Assembly: GCA_024137785.1 (NCBI GenBank)
Contig: JAHRHZ010000268.1
Coordinates: 8,037,485-8,101,484, forward strand
Length of the DNA: 64,000 nucleotides
Direction: 5' to 3'
DNA from: Ginglymostoma cirratum
Lineage: Eukaryota
Positions 52,521-64,000 of this stretch are shown here, one piece after another (positions within the stretch are counted from its first letter, which is position 1; the number at the start of each line of letters is the position of its first letter). A model generated the notes under the pieces. It did no database searches and was not told where the DNA came from. It worked only from the letters and a program-made list of their open reading frames with translations. A program made the translations under genes and the position numbers.

Positions 52521-54711
52521 TGGCATGTAAAGTGATCCTGAATTTCGTAATTGTGTTGATGCTTTGAAATTCATCATTGGGTTTGCAATGACCTCTATCC
52601 TGACCTATTATTCTTACATGTTTCTCATCGTTGCTACTCTGCTTCTGATATACACTGCATTTGAAGCTAATTCTCCTCTGTAGTTGTCTCGAGTCAGACA
52701 AATCAAATTTACACCAAAGGAGAGCCGATTTTATCAGGCGTTAATGACAGTTCAGCTGATTCTCTGGGATAAGGGAATAGTTATATTTGTATCAAAAAGT
52801 AAACCAGATTGTGTAAGCTTCCCAAAATACTCATGTGGCCCATTTTCTGTCAGATTCTTCAGTGGGTCATTGATGGTTCCCAATGAGTGCACTCGAGTGT
52901 GACTCTTAATAAATGTTGGGGTAAAGACATGAAATGATTTCCCATTGGCTGAAGATTTCTTTTCAGGTAGCCTAGTTTGAACATGGAAATGAAGTTCCTT
53001 CAGCTAGGATCGTACAATCTTACAGCACAGGGGGAAACCATTTGGCCTCAGCTGATCCCTCCCAATGATGCTCCCGTTCACACTGCCATGCGCTTGGTGA
53101 TGGAAATCAGCCACTTTCCCGTTGATCCTTATTGCATCTCGGGTGTTAGAAATTAGTTGTGATGCTATCCATGACCAAATTGCCTGCTGGCATTCACTCT
53201 TCCACAGTTACAGCTCTCCAGCCAGAAAGCACAGCCCTGACTTCATGTTGATCTGGCTTCCTAACAATATCAGAGAAATTATGCACTCAATTATTACTAA
53301 ATAATAAAACATAAAGATGCCCGAAAGAATTCAAAATTCACGGTTCACCAAAAATAATTGACTTTAAAACCGAGATAAAGACGGTTTTATGAGAACCAGA
53401 ATCTGATAGTCACTCTGAAACCTTGTCCGGTTTATTGGGTTAATCTAGTGAGATTGAAGTGAAGGTCACTGCTTTCAAACTTCAACCACCTGAACACCGT
53501 TAAAATGCCTTTTTTTTTGCAGAAACACTGACCCTCTGATTTTTGGATCTAAACCAAACAGTTTGGACATGGAGCATCAATCTTTGCATGTCCGAACACA
53601 GGCAAATTCCAGTGAATTGAGGCTTGAAATGTGTGCGTGTGTGTGTGAGGGGTGATCATTAGTGCCGGGACTGATGTATGAAGGGAATGCGTCACTGGAA
53701 TGCTGGAAATGGATTCAATTTCTCAGTGCTAGAATTCCTACAGTAATTTTTTTGTTCAGATTACTTTCAGTTGAACAAAAATGTTGGCAGTTTTCAAGCG
53801 AAGAAGGTACGAAATGCACAGCATTTAAAATGAGGGTCATTAATAGTCTGATCACGGAACACTACTGTGGTTGTATGCTGTGCAGTTATTATGCATGGAA
53901 GATCCAATCTTAGTGTACTTTGATACACCAAGTCACGTCAAAAATTTTGCTGCTTTTATATCTAAAGCTAAAAGACATGTTGCAACTACTGAAGAAGCTT
54001 TGAATATGATTGTTAAAGCAATTATTGTACATTTTCTCACTAGTCTTTGCTATTTCCCTCCAGAAAGCATTGATTGCTTCCTAGATCAAGGTTCCATGGG
54101 CATCGTGGTGCTTTCCACTGCCTCACTTAGACCGCATGTTGTCCTCTTTGATAGGTAGCAGTCATTCAGTTGACTGGACTGTGGGATGCTCACCATTCTG
54201 TAGTTTCGTTGCTGCATTTCAGCCAGTGACTGTGTATCACACAATGGCATGTGATATTGCATCATAACAGAAATGAGTATAAGCCTCCACAAATGTGTAC
54301 TGTAGCTCTGGGCAGAGTATATATATTGACCGGTGGCAGTTAGTAAGCCTGTATGAAGCAAAATCAGCCCTGGTTGCCAGTCCTAAAAAAAAAGTCACAT
54401 GTCTATAACAGGTCAGTTTATACAATGGGTGAATGGATTGATAAATTGCACACAAAAAGTAATTACTGTACTTAAGACAGAGAGAGGGGCCATGCATGCA
54501 ACACTAGAAAATATTAAGTTTTCAAAAAGTCTTTACAAGGAAATGGTTATTTGGATGTGGCCAGGGCTGTGTTAGCAATGTGAGACTGTCCTATGTGGTA
54601 AGCTGCCTGTATGCTACTTAAAGGGACAGGTTTCTTTTTTAGGTTGTGGAAACAGTGAGCTGTTGTCACTTCCATTATAATCATTTCAAGACCACATTGT
54701 GAAGGAAAGGT

Positions 54712-54865
54712 TAAGTCCCAAAGTCTTACCAGACCATCGGGCTACTCTCTCATTAGAGAGATGATCGGTGATAGTACAACCTGCTTCAGGCGAGGGGAGA
54801 GGTTGAGAAGGAGAGCTCTTCAAGGTAACCTCAGCCAGTGTGGGAATTGAATCTAATCTTGTCGT
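54712..54865 (-). mobile_element. Short SINE-like repeat
   Basis: aaagtcttaccagaccatcgggctactctctcattagagaga..cctcagccagtgtgggaattgaatc (B-box reverse complement); family recalled from shark genomes. Confidence 0.55.
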
Positions 54866-55589
54866 CAATTGTGCAAACAAAATAAATCAACAAATTGAAA
54901 CAAGGAAATCCAGGATCTGTGTTGATGAGATTATTTTTGCCAGAGCAATGAATGAGATATTAAGCTTCTCAATGCCAGTATTAGCGACCGTTCAGTCAAC
55001 AGAACTATCACTTTGTTTCTCGTTGTTTGCATCCTGGAAGAGGAATTGATGTCTGATGCTTTCTACAGTATAAATGCCCGAAGTTTCTGGAAGCCAACAG
55101 GTTCATAGCAGTGAATCTTCTCATGTGATATTGACTGACTTTAGCTGGACTTGGTGAAGTTATAGGGAGCTTGTGTCTTGATGTCCTGCTAACACAGCAG
55201 CTGAATTTACTGTGAGTGGAATCTAACTGTAAGATTAAAATGGGAGAAATGTTGCTGAAAGACCATTCCGTCTCAATGGGAGCGAACGACATGCTTGAAC
55301 TGCACTTCAAGCTCTCATAAGACCACTTTGTGTGGTGTATCGAACCTGATGGTGTGACGGAAATAAGTTAGTGTACCAGTAAGGAGCAGTCCATTATGAC
55401 TTTTTTGATAAACACACTGTGGTTTCCATTGCTTACCAGATAGGGCCCATGGTTAAGTTGCTGCAGTGTGCTGAGGTGGCTGATATCTGGCAGAGCTTGG
55501 GAGGGAGAAATCAGCCAATGTCACTTGTCATGTAATCATTCCTGGAAAATGCACTGCTGGTGTGAAGGTCATCCTAGGGAGGATCGAAA

Positions 55590-55690
55590 TCACTACAAAA
55601 AGTAGTAAATGCTGGAAATCCTCAGTAGGTCAGGGCACTGTCTGTGAAGAGAAACCGTTAACATTTCAGGTTAGCGATCTTTCATTAGAA
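55590..55690 (-). mobile_element. Decayed PLE terminal fragment
   Basis: aaatgctggaaatcctcagtaggtcaggg..tctgtgaagagagaaaccgttaacatttcagg, homologous to 62900-62965. Confidence 0.65.
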
Positions 55691-58600
55691 GTGGATTGAG
55701 CTTCACTGCAATATCCTCCAACTCTCAATATGTCCTAACGCTCATCTTTGAGGCTCAAAACCTACCTAGTGGCCACTTGGGAAGACATTAGTATTCTTGA
55801 CAATCAATACTCCAAGGACAGCTACACTTCAGCTGGTATCCTTGACAAACTTGCAACAAAGGATACTGACGTAAAGGGAGAAAAATTGCCAAGGGATACA
55901 TTAAGGTGCCTGGGTGCCATGTTTTTATCCTGTTTGTACTTGACTAAGTAATTTACCTCCATCCCTCGGTACACGCAGAAGATTGAGACAGTGGCCCAGG
56001 CTGCCGAAGGTACAGTATTGTGTGTGGTTGCCTCCAAGCTTAGCAGCAGTTTCTCAAAATATCTGGTGCACTGAACGGAGCAATATTTCCAAAGATCTGT
56101 TTTGATGACTTGTTTTAGTCAGCTAAAGAATAACCCAGAAAAATCGGAGTCCCCTCGTGAGAGGTAAGCAAAGTCGGCCCATTTATTGAAAATTCTAACA
56201 TGTAACTTCTTGTAGCCCAGTTCACAGGGGAGTGCACCGCCCACAGGCTTCTATCAAATGAATCATACAGGCAATATGGAATGAATCAATTGCCTTGATG
56301 CCTGAATCTGTGCTGTGTTTGAGGAAATGAGCCAGCATGTTGCCGTGTGTTTTAATACTTTGCAAAGGAATTAGAAGTGGAGTGTATTTTAATTAACAGC
56401 AAGTTAACAAAGACAATAAAGAGGCAGATGGTTTGTGCATTGATGCTACTGAAAGTTTTATCCTCTGTTGAAGGATACATTAATCCTCCTTGTCTGCTGA
56501 GGCTTTTCTGGGTTCTGCACAGATCTCGTGGGGCTATTCCCAGTCAACTGCAAAATATGTCGTTCAGTATACAGCACATATCGGTTGCTGCATTTAATGA
56601 TGGCTGTGCAGTGTCGCAAGCTTCAAGTTGCTTTACTTGAGCTTAAAAGTACCTTCTCAAGCTTATTTTCTATCCATTATCTACCACTATTCATGTAAAT
56701 AAAGTAATTACTGGTGATACTTTAGCTGTACCTAAGATGACAAACCAGTGTCAGTTTACAGACAGTGCGTGTTGGGTGTGTGCATATGCATGAAATATGT
56801 GAGGGCCATAATCGTTCTTAATGAAGATAAGCTCAAAGTTGAATAGGTCTTGAGCACTTGCTTTGGTGAAACAATTAACCTCTTTTTGTTCCAGGAAACG
56901 TACTGATCTTGGATTGTACACAGGCACTGTTGTTGCAAATGCAAAGTTCATAAGATGCTTACACTTTGGGAAAGTCTCTTTAACATAGGCTAAAATAGAA
57001 GAATGAATTTTTTGTTTTAAAACTTATAAGTCTGTATGGGGATAATAATGCTACTAACCCCGTATGCTTCCTTGCATGTCAACAAATGTAGTGAGCAGTA
57101 AACTGTAGTAAGGCTCCTTACTCTGATGAGCCAAGTCCTCAATAATCATTTCAAAGTACATCCAAGAGACCAGGACAAAAGAACATCAATTGAAATTAAT
57201 TTAAAGTGCTTTTGGAACAGTTAGCAAAAGTAAAACATAAGAAATAGTCGACCACGTTCGGTAAATAGGGTAAGTAATACTGATCAGAATTAGATTCCAT
57301 GCTGAGATAGTCCCACCATACTCTGCTATCCATCATCCCAAAATGTTCAACCAAAGCCTGCACAGACCTAAGACATATGCAAAATAGTTTCTCATCATTT
57401 GTATTTCATTTTCTTTTCTTGGAGAACACTGTTACATCATGTTTTTTGGAGATCTGTGTATTGTAGTTGGTTCCTGTCTGCTATCTAAGCAACTGTGCAA
57501 CCTCAAAATTTGTTGATTCAGGTGCAAATTTCCATTTTCTCAAAGGGCCATTATAAATAACAATGGATGGTGTAGTTTCTGTAGAGCAAAGTGTGGATTT
57601 TGATGAGACAGTATCTTGTCTCATTTCTAGGTTTTCCTGTTCAGTGCCTAACCAGTTCTTGGGGTTTGTAAGTTAACTGTTCCTGCGAGTACTTTCTCTT
57701 CATAAAATTAACATTGATCAGTCCAGTGACAAACTGATGAATGTTGACCTGGTGAAGGCAGCAGGACTACAGGATAGTATTTGGATTTGAAATCGTTGTT
57801 GCAGAGGTTCAGCGATTTTATTCAGTAATAGAATATTGAGTAAGAATATTGTCACCATTATTAAGTTTTTCCCACTGTGGAATCAGAATTATTGCCCAGT
57901 TATCTCTTGCATAAGTCCTGACTTTACCCTAAAGTCAATGATAGGAGAGTCAGTAACTTGGGGACAGATTTAAAAGATTCAGAAACATTGCACTTTGTTA
58001 CAGTCTGGAAGAATGGTCAAGCAGATACTGCAGTAACTTTCCAAAGGAGGTTGGAGTTAAAGTTGAAAGCAGAAGTCTGAAAGGCTACAGGGGTCGGGAT
58101 TAATTGGATAACCCTTTCAAAGACCTGGGACAAGCATATGAGCCAAATGATAATTCTGTGCCTTCAAAATCTTTGTGAGAAACACCCTTCCCCTCACACA
58201 ACCGATAAGACATGTCGCAGGTTCATAGCACTCCCTTCTCTGTTTATTATAGATAATCAGCCATTAGACAACAATTACATATCATGTGTACTTTCAATGC
58301 TGTAGTACGTCAGCAGAAGATCCTGTTTTGTGTGTATTTTGCGCTTGTGACCCAACTCCCAAATTTAGTAGAGGTGACCCATTAAACGTTTCCCAGTTAC
58401 TTATGTGCTGAAGCCCAGGTTCGACAATGGTCACTCATTATTGATCAAACACCATGTGGTCATGGAGCTGCAATCTTAAAAAACCATCGAGGCCCCAAAT
58501 GAGCAAATCATCACTGGGCTCTTCACTTAACTTTCTAGCCAATTCTTTCTGTTCTAGTTGTTTTTATTTTCTGAGCTGTTGTGCTGCTCAAAGTTCAGAA

Positions 58601-59169
58601 TGAATATTTGAACATGTTGTGCAGCAGAAACCTGTGAGACCAAGTTGAGGATCCATGGCTTTGTTTCATGAGCAAAATGATTGTCATGTGCCAGTCGCCT
58701 CTTCCAAAGTAACAATAATTTAACTGGTGAACCATCTTGAATGGTAATTGTACAGGATTACCTATCCTCATTGTCAAAATGCTATGTTTAATGATGATTT
58801 GCCTATTAAATTTCTGAATACATTGGAAAAGGAAAGCCGAGGTCTTCTGACAATGTAATTGTGCAAGTAGTGTGTTTAGCAATGCAATTTTCCTTTTCAC
58901 CTTGGTTCAGATGACTTTGCATGAACAGCGTCAGCTGCCTTGCATGTTCCAGGTTGCGTGTAATCTCTATTCACTTATTTACACATCTTGCTGTGACTTC
59001 TCCCTAATAACTGTAATTGCAGTAAATGAGGTCAATGAGCCCTTGCTGTTCTGATGTAAAATTTGCTCTGTATTATAATTCCCTGAGCATCAAGGGTGAT
59101 TTGTTGCAAGTTGGCAGAATATCATTTCTAAACCTGGGTTTTGATGTATCATTCAAAGTGTGTCATCTT

Positions 59170-59590
59170 GACTGACTGAGTCAGGAGGTCAAGAGTTCCA
59201 GGCACTAGACTGTTATTCAAGTGCAGTTCTGAGAAAATACATGATTATTGGCGTATTGCGCTAACATTTAATTATGCCCAACTCTTCATGAGCCCCCATG
59301 GCCACAAGGACTGTAGCAGTTCAAGTGGAAGACCCACTGACACGACTTCTGAACACTGAGGAATTGGTCATTATCACAAATACATAAAAACATTAAACGT
59401 AAAATCTGTCTATTGATACTAATTCTGGTAGCCACATGAAACTCATGAGCATTTTCGAAAATGTGTGGCACGACATTTATCCTCAACCAACGACATCAAA
59501 AATAAATAAACTGAACATTCGCCTGTTGCTTGTTACTGTCCTTACTGCTGTGTGCAAAATTCCTTCCACATTTCCCATTATTAAGGCAGT
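59170..59590 (+). mobile_element. DeuSINE/SacSINE1-like SINE, highly decayed
   Basis: ctgagtcaggaggtc.. head and catttatcctcaaccaac..gctgtgtgcaaaatt..catttccc body. Confidence 0.45.
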
Positions 59591-61892
59591 TTTCTTTTTG
59601 TGAATCTCTGGGATACTCCCTGGACTTTTCTTTTTGAGGTGCAGGGCTTTCAATTTCATGAACTCAGGAAGATTTAGCATTGGCCAGTGCACATCTGCTA
59701 GGATAGCAGAGTGGAAACTATGTGGCATCATAGCTCCAAACAAGATCTCGATGTGTAACAGAAAACCTAAAAGTTCAAATGTTAGCAGAAACTGTGATTA
59801 ATAGGAAAGACTTCAATGTGTTTCAAGTGACTTTCTCAGACAGTATCTGTCATGCTTGGAGACAGCAAATTCCCTTGTTTTTTTGCAAGCAGCCAGATCT
59901 GAACTGTCTCAAGTGGAGGCTATTGAGTTTTGTTAGAAAGAAATGAAACTCTGGGGACAGTGGCTAACTTCGATTTAACTATTAACTGACGGTCCAATTG
60001 CATTTGCCACCCAACATCTCTGTCTTCATGACTGCATCAAACTGTTTCCAACATAATATTAATATATGTCTTCCATCAACAATTGCGATTGTCTCCTTAT
60101 TTTTCACAAGTGCCTTCAATATCAAATGTCTATATCGTGATATTGTCATTATGGACTTATTTGTTGGTCAGTTGAGTCGCTTAGAGGAGCTTTGGGATTG
60201 TTGCACTGTTCAGTGCAACGTGCAACAGGACACACTTAGCAATGTGTTCCATCTGTTTGTTCAACAACCTCATCAATTTCTGTCAGATGGTGAACTCCTG
60301 CCATTGGATGTTTGTTTTATGATGTCGGACCACATTTATCACCCAGCATGCAGCGTTAGTGCAAGCTATGAAAGGTGAAAGGTTGGGAGATCCTGAATAT
60401 GTTAATGGCGTATTTCCTGGCACTAGGCCATCCAGTCAAAAATTATTGGTTGGAACTTCACTTTGACATGGCTCAGAACCTCCAGGAAAAGAGGAGTAAA
60501 TGTTAGAACAGTTGCAAGCAAAACAAAAAAGTGACTCTTTCTCACAGTGGAAACAGAGTTCAAGTTTGTTTTGATGGGGCTGCAGCCAGAGAGATTCACC
60601 AGGCTATCGGCTATGATCATGTGTATAAAGTGCGCAGGCCTGTAAGCTTGTAGTTCAATTTAAGAGCCCTTAGTGCAGTAGGGGAAGTTAATCCCACTTA
60701 CCAGAAGCCAACCTTCTGAATGTTTAAAGCGTAACAGGATGAGAGTAATGGAGGCATATTACTGTCCTCCAAAAAGCAATAGGAACACATCTACAAGCAA
60801 TTCTTTCAAACATTATTAGAACATCAGATACTAAAACCTGCACACTCCATCTCCCAGCCCAAAACACAAGAACACTCTCCCAGAAGTCATGATGCCAATG
60901 ATGTTGCATGTTCCATGTGACTCGGCAACGACCTGCCTCCTGTGCTTTGCGCTGTTGTGTGCACGGCCTGAACACGCTTTGTTTAACAGTTCTGACTGAA
61001 ACCCCTCTCAACTTGTGCAAAAGCAGGGAGCTAGACTGAGTGGCTCTGCTGGGAATAGTCATGAGATTGCCTTCCTTCTGAATGGCTTCTCTTGTCTGAA
61101 AGATTGACGGGCAGTGATTTCCAGTGCATTAGCAGGGCTCTGCGATTTAGTGTCGGAACTGTGTGATTGCCAGATGATTGTTGATGTGGGGAATTATTGT
61201 GGCTGCGCTACTTCTGAGCCATTTACTGAAGGTTTCCAGCTGAACAGGACAAAATATAGCTGTTTACTGTGTACAAACACCACAACTGGACAAAGATGCT
61301 CTAACAACCACCCACAGCGAGCTTTAAGGGAAAATTGCAACAGTTCAGTTAAACTGTCCTTTGCTGCTTTGTTGTAAAAGAAGAACTGCTGTATATTGTC
61401 CTTACCCCCGTGGGACCTGTGAGTACTGTTGATCTCTTGTTGCTCTTTCCCTGTGATCCTGCTTTTCTGTTGCACGCTCCAGCTGCTGATTGCCTGTATG
61501 TGCAGTTCTTAAAGGGGTGAAATCTTTAAAGCTGTAAACTCAGTTGGGCTCCTGGAAATTTCCACTCTTGGGTTAATTGTTTATTTCAGTGTTGTACTTG
61601 GTGGTCTTAAGCAATGGTTCCCTCTGCTAGTCACAGTGTGCTGTCTGTCAGTGGAATAATGCTGGTACTCATCCAATTTTGCGGCAGTCACAAGTTCAAG
61701 TTCCAGTTCCCACTTGCCACAGCTGATTGTCATAATGTGTCAGAACAGATTGATTAAAATAACTACAGATCTTAACTCCATGAGATCTAAAAATGCTCTG
61801 CTTTATCCCCATCTAAGCCATCAAGACATTGTTAGATTGGGTGAAGCTAATGTACTCCCCAAAATCAACCCTTTCAGAACCATTACCTTGTG

Positions 61893-62173
61893 GAATCATA
61901 GAATACTTAACAGTACAGAAAGAGGCCATTTGGCCCATCGAATCTGCACCGACCTTCCAAGGAGCATCCCACCCAGATCCACCGCCCTATCCCATCCTCA
62001 TAACCCCGCATGGGGTGTTTACCGTGAACAATCCACCTAATCTAAACTGGGGCACCCGGCAGAAACCCACGCAGACGCAGGGAGAATGTGCAAATTCCAC
62101 GCAGACAGTCACCCGAGGGTGGAATTGAACCCGGGTCCCTGGCGTTGTGAGATAGTAGCGCTAATTACTGAGC
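61893..62173 (-). mobile_element. HE1-type V-SINE with internal deletion
   Basis: gaatcatagaat..ggccatttggcccatcga..gaaacccacgcagacgcagggagaatgtgcaaa..gaattgaacccgggtccctggcg. Confidence 0.93.
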
Positions 62174-62852
62174 AAAACCTGTCACAAAATATAAGAACAA
62201 GCTAAGAACTCAGATGCATTGACGTTACGAATGATGGGTAAGGAAGAGGGAACTGTAAGTTTGTGTTTATACTCCCTGCAAAAGGGAGAGCTGTATGAGC
62301 TGAAGAGCTCTCTTTACTTTATGAGCTTAATTCCAATCAGACCTGCTAACATCCATGGTACCCTGCATGTGATGAAAAGCTGGAATTCTATGAAGGTCAC
62401 GTTGAACACCTTCGTTTTGCAGCAGACTTGAAGCTGGCTCATACGCAACATTAAGTTCCTGCCTGCCTGTCTCGAAACCACGAGGCCTGACGTAGCTCCC
62501 CAGCTGACTCTGCTCTTTTCCCCGTGCAGTAGTCTGTGACTCCAAGAACAAAAGATTAATCTCCCCGGGGTATCAGTGTGTGCAATCCAGGAGTGAAAGT
62601 TTCTCGAACATGTTGGCTTGGAGGGGAAATGGGCAGCGCTTTGGGTTTATCAAGGGAGCTGGGAAGTATCCTGTTATAAACTGCCAGGATTCCAGCCACT
62701 CGTTACTACATTAATCTTAAAAGGTGATTATTCACCTTTGTCAATGATTCTAATTGCAATTACACTTAATCCAATTATCATACATGTAGGGACAGGCTAT
62801 TCAGACTTCCTGGCATTCTCTGCAGTTCAGTAAAAACATGGCAGATGTGGTT

Positions 62853-63627
62853 AAAAACCAAAAGAACTGCAGATGCTGTAAATCAGGAACAAAAACAAAG
62901 TTGCTGGGAAAGCTCAGCAGGTCCGGCAGCATCTGTGAAGGAGAAAACAGAGTTAACGTTTCGGGTCCGGTGACCCTTCCTCCGAAGGATGCTGAGGAAG
63001 GGTCACCAGACCTGAAACGTTAACTCTGTTTTCTCCTTCACAGATGCTGCCGGACNNNNNNNNNNNNNNNNNNNNNNNNNNNNNNNNNNNNNNNNNNNNN
63101 NNNNNNNNNNNNNNNNNNNNNNNNNNNNNNNNNNNNNNNNNNNNNNNNNNNNNNNNNNNNNNNNNNNNNNNNNNNNNNNNNNNNNNNNNNNNNNNNNNNN
63201 NNNNNNNNNNNNNNNNNNNNNNNNNNNNNNNNNNNNNNNNNNNNNNNNNNNNNNNNNNNNNNNNNNNNNNNNNNNNNNNNNNNNNNNNNNNNNNNNNNNN
63301 NNNNNNNNNNNNNNNNNNNNNNNNNNNNNNNNNNNNNNNNNNNNNNNNNNNNNNNNNNNNNNNNNNNNNNNNNNNNNNNNNNNNNNNNNNNNNNNNNNNN
63401 NNNNNNNNNNNNNNNNNNNNNNNNNNNNNNNNNNNNNNNNNNNNNNNNNNNNNNNGTCCGGCAGCATCTGTGAAGGAGAAAACAGAGTTAACGTTTCAGG
63501 TCTGGTGACCCTTCCTCAGCATCCTTCGGAGGAAGGGTCACCGGACCCGAAACGTTAACTCTGTTTTCTCCTTCACAGATGCTGCCGGACCTGCTGAGCT
63601 TTCCCAGCAACTTTGTTTTTGTTTTTG
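62853..63627. mobile_element. Young PLE-derived palindromic (foldback) element with hammerhead-like cores and a 14-bp TSD, split by a gap
   Basis: Near-perfect inverted arms; tggcagatgtggtt (62839-62852) and tggcagatttggtt (63628-63641) flank it. Confidence 0.9.
63056..63455. other. Assembly gap (400 N), probably caused by the palindrome
   Basis: 63456-63590 is the exact reverse complement of 62921-63055. Confidence 0.9.
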
Positions 63628-63644
63628 TGGCAGATTTGGTTGTT

Positions 63645-63828
63645 ATTGCTGCACTTTTCAGTCTGTCCCCTATACCCCTTGATTCCCTCGTCTGTGAAAT
63701 ATCCATCTAACTCCACCGTGAATAAATTCAATGACCTCGTCTTCATTTCCTTCTGGGAAAGAGGATTCCACAGAATCACGACCCTCAGAGAGAGAACAGG
63801 AAGATTATCCTAATCTCTGTTTTAAAAA
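63645..63828 (-). mobile_element. CR1 3' fragment
   Basis: cccctataccccttgattccc..gaataaattcaatgac..gattccacagaatcacgaccctc. Confidence 0.75.
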
Positions 63829-63829
63829 G

Positions 63830-64000
63830 AGCCTAGGACCAGAGAGCATAATCTCAGAATAGGGGGCTACACATTTAAAACAGAGATAAGGAGAAATTTC
63901 TTCTCGGAGGGTCATGAATCTGTGGAATTCTTTGCTGTAGAGGGCTGTCAAGGCTGTGTCCTTAAGTGTATTCAAGGCTGAGAGAGAGGGACAGATTTTT
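63830..64000 (+). mobile_element. CR1 3' fragment continuing beyond the window
   Basis: ggaccagagagcataatctcagaatagggg..aatttcttctcggagggtcatgaatctgtggaattc..gtattcaaggctgag. Confidence 0.85.

Noticed and set aside
1-64000. CRISPR arrays, operons or prokaryotic defence systems
   Set aside because: This is vertebrate DNA with no regularly spaced repeat-spacer array and no gene-dense organisation.

Overview
Eukaryotic (vertebrate) genomic DNA, almost certainly from a cartilaginous fish (shark), judged from its repeats: HE1-type V-SINEs, DeuSINE/SacSINE1-like SINEs, CR1 and L2 LINE fragments, Tx1/L1-like fragments and Penelope-like elements (PLEs). The window is intronic or intergenic, has two 400-N assembly gaps, and contains no protein-coding, tRNA or rRNA gene that I recognise. 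Nearly all ORFs in the track are noise or decayed retroelements. Three points stand out. (1) A family of short PLE-derived foldback elements flanked by 11-14 bp target-site duplications, some with minimal hammerhead-ribozyme-like cores on both strands. (2) A 68-bp inverted repeat (66/68 identical), not recognised as a transposon, enclosing about 960 bp at 21.9-22.9 kb. (3) An unrecognised candidate multi-exon minus-strand gene around that inverted repeat. Repeat boundaries are approximate and read by eye; family names come from recalled consensus similarity, not from a database search.
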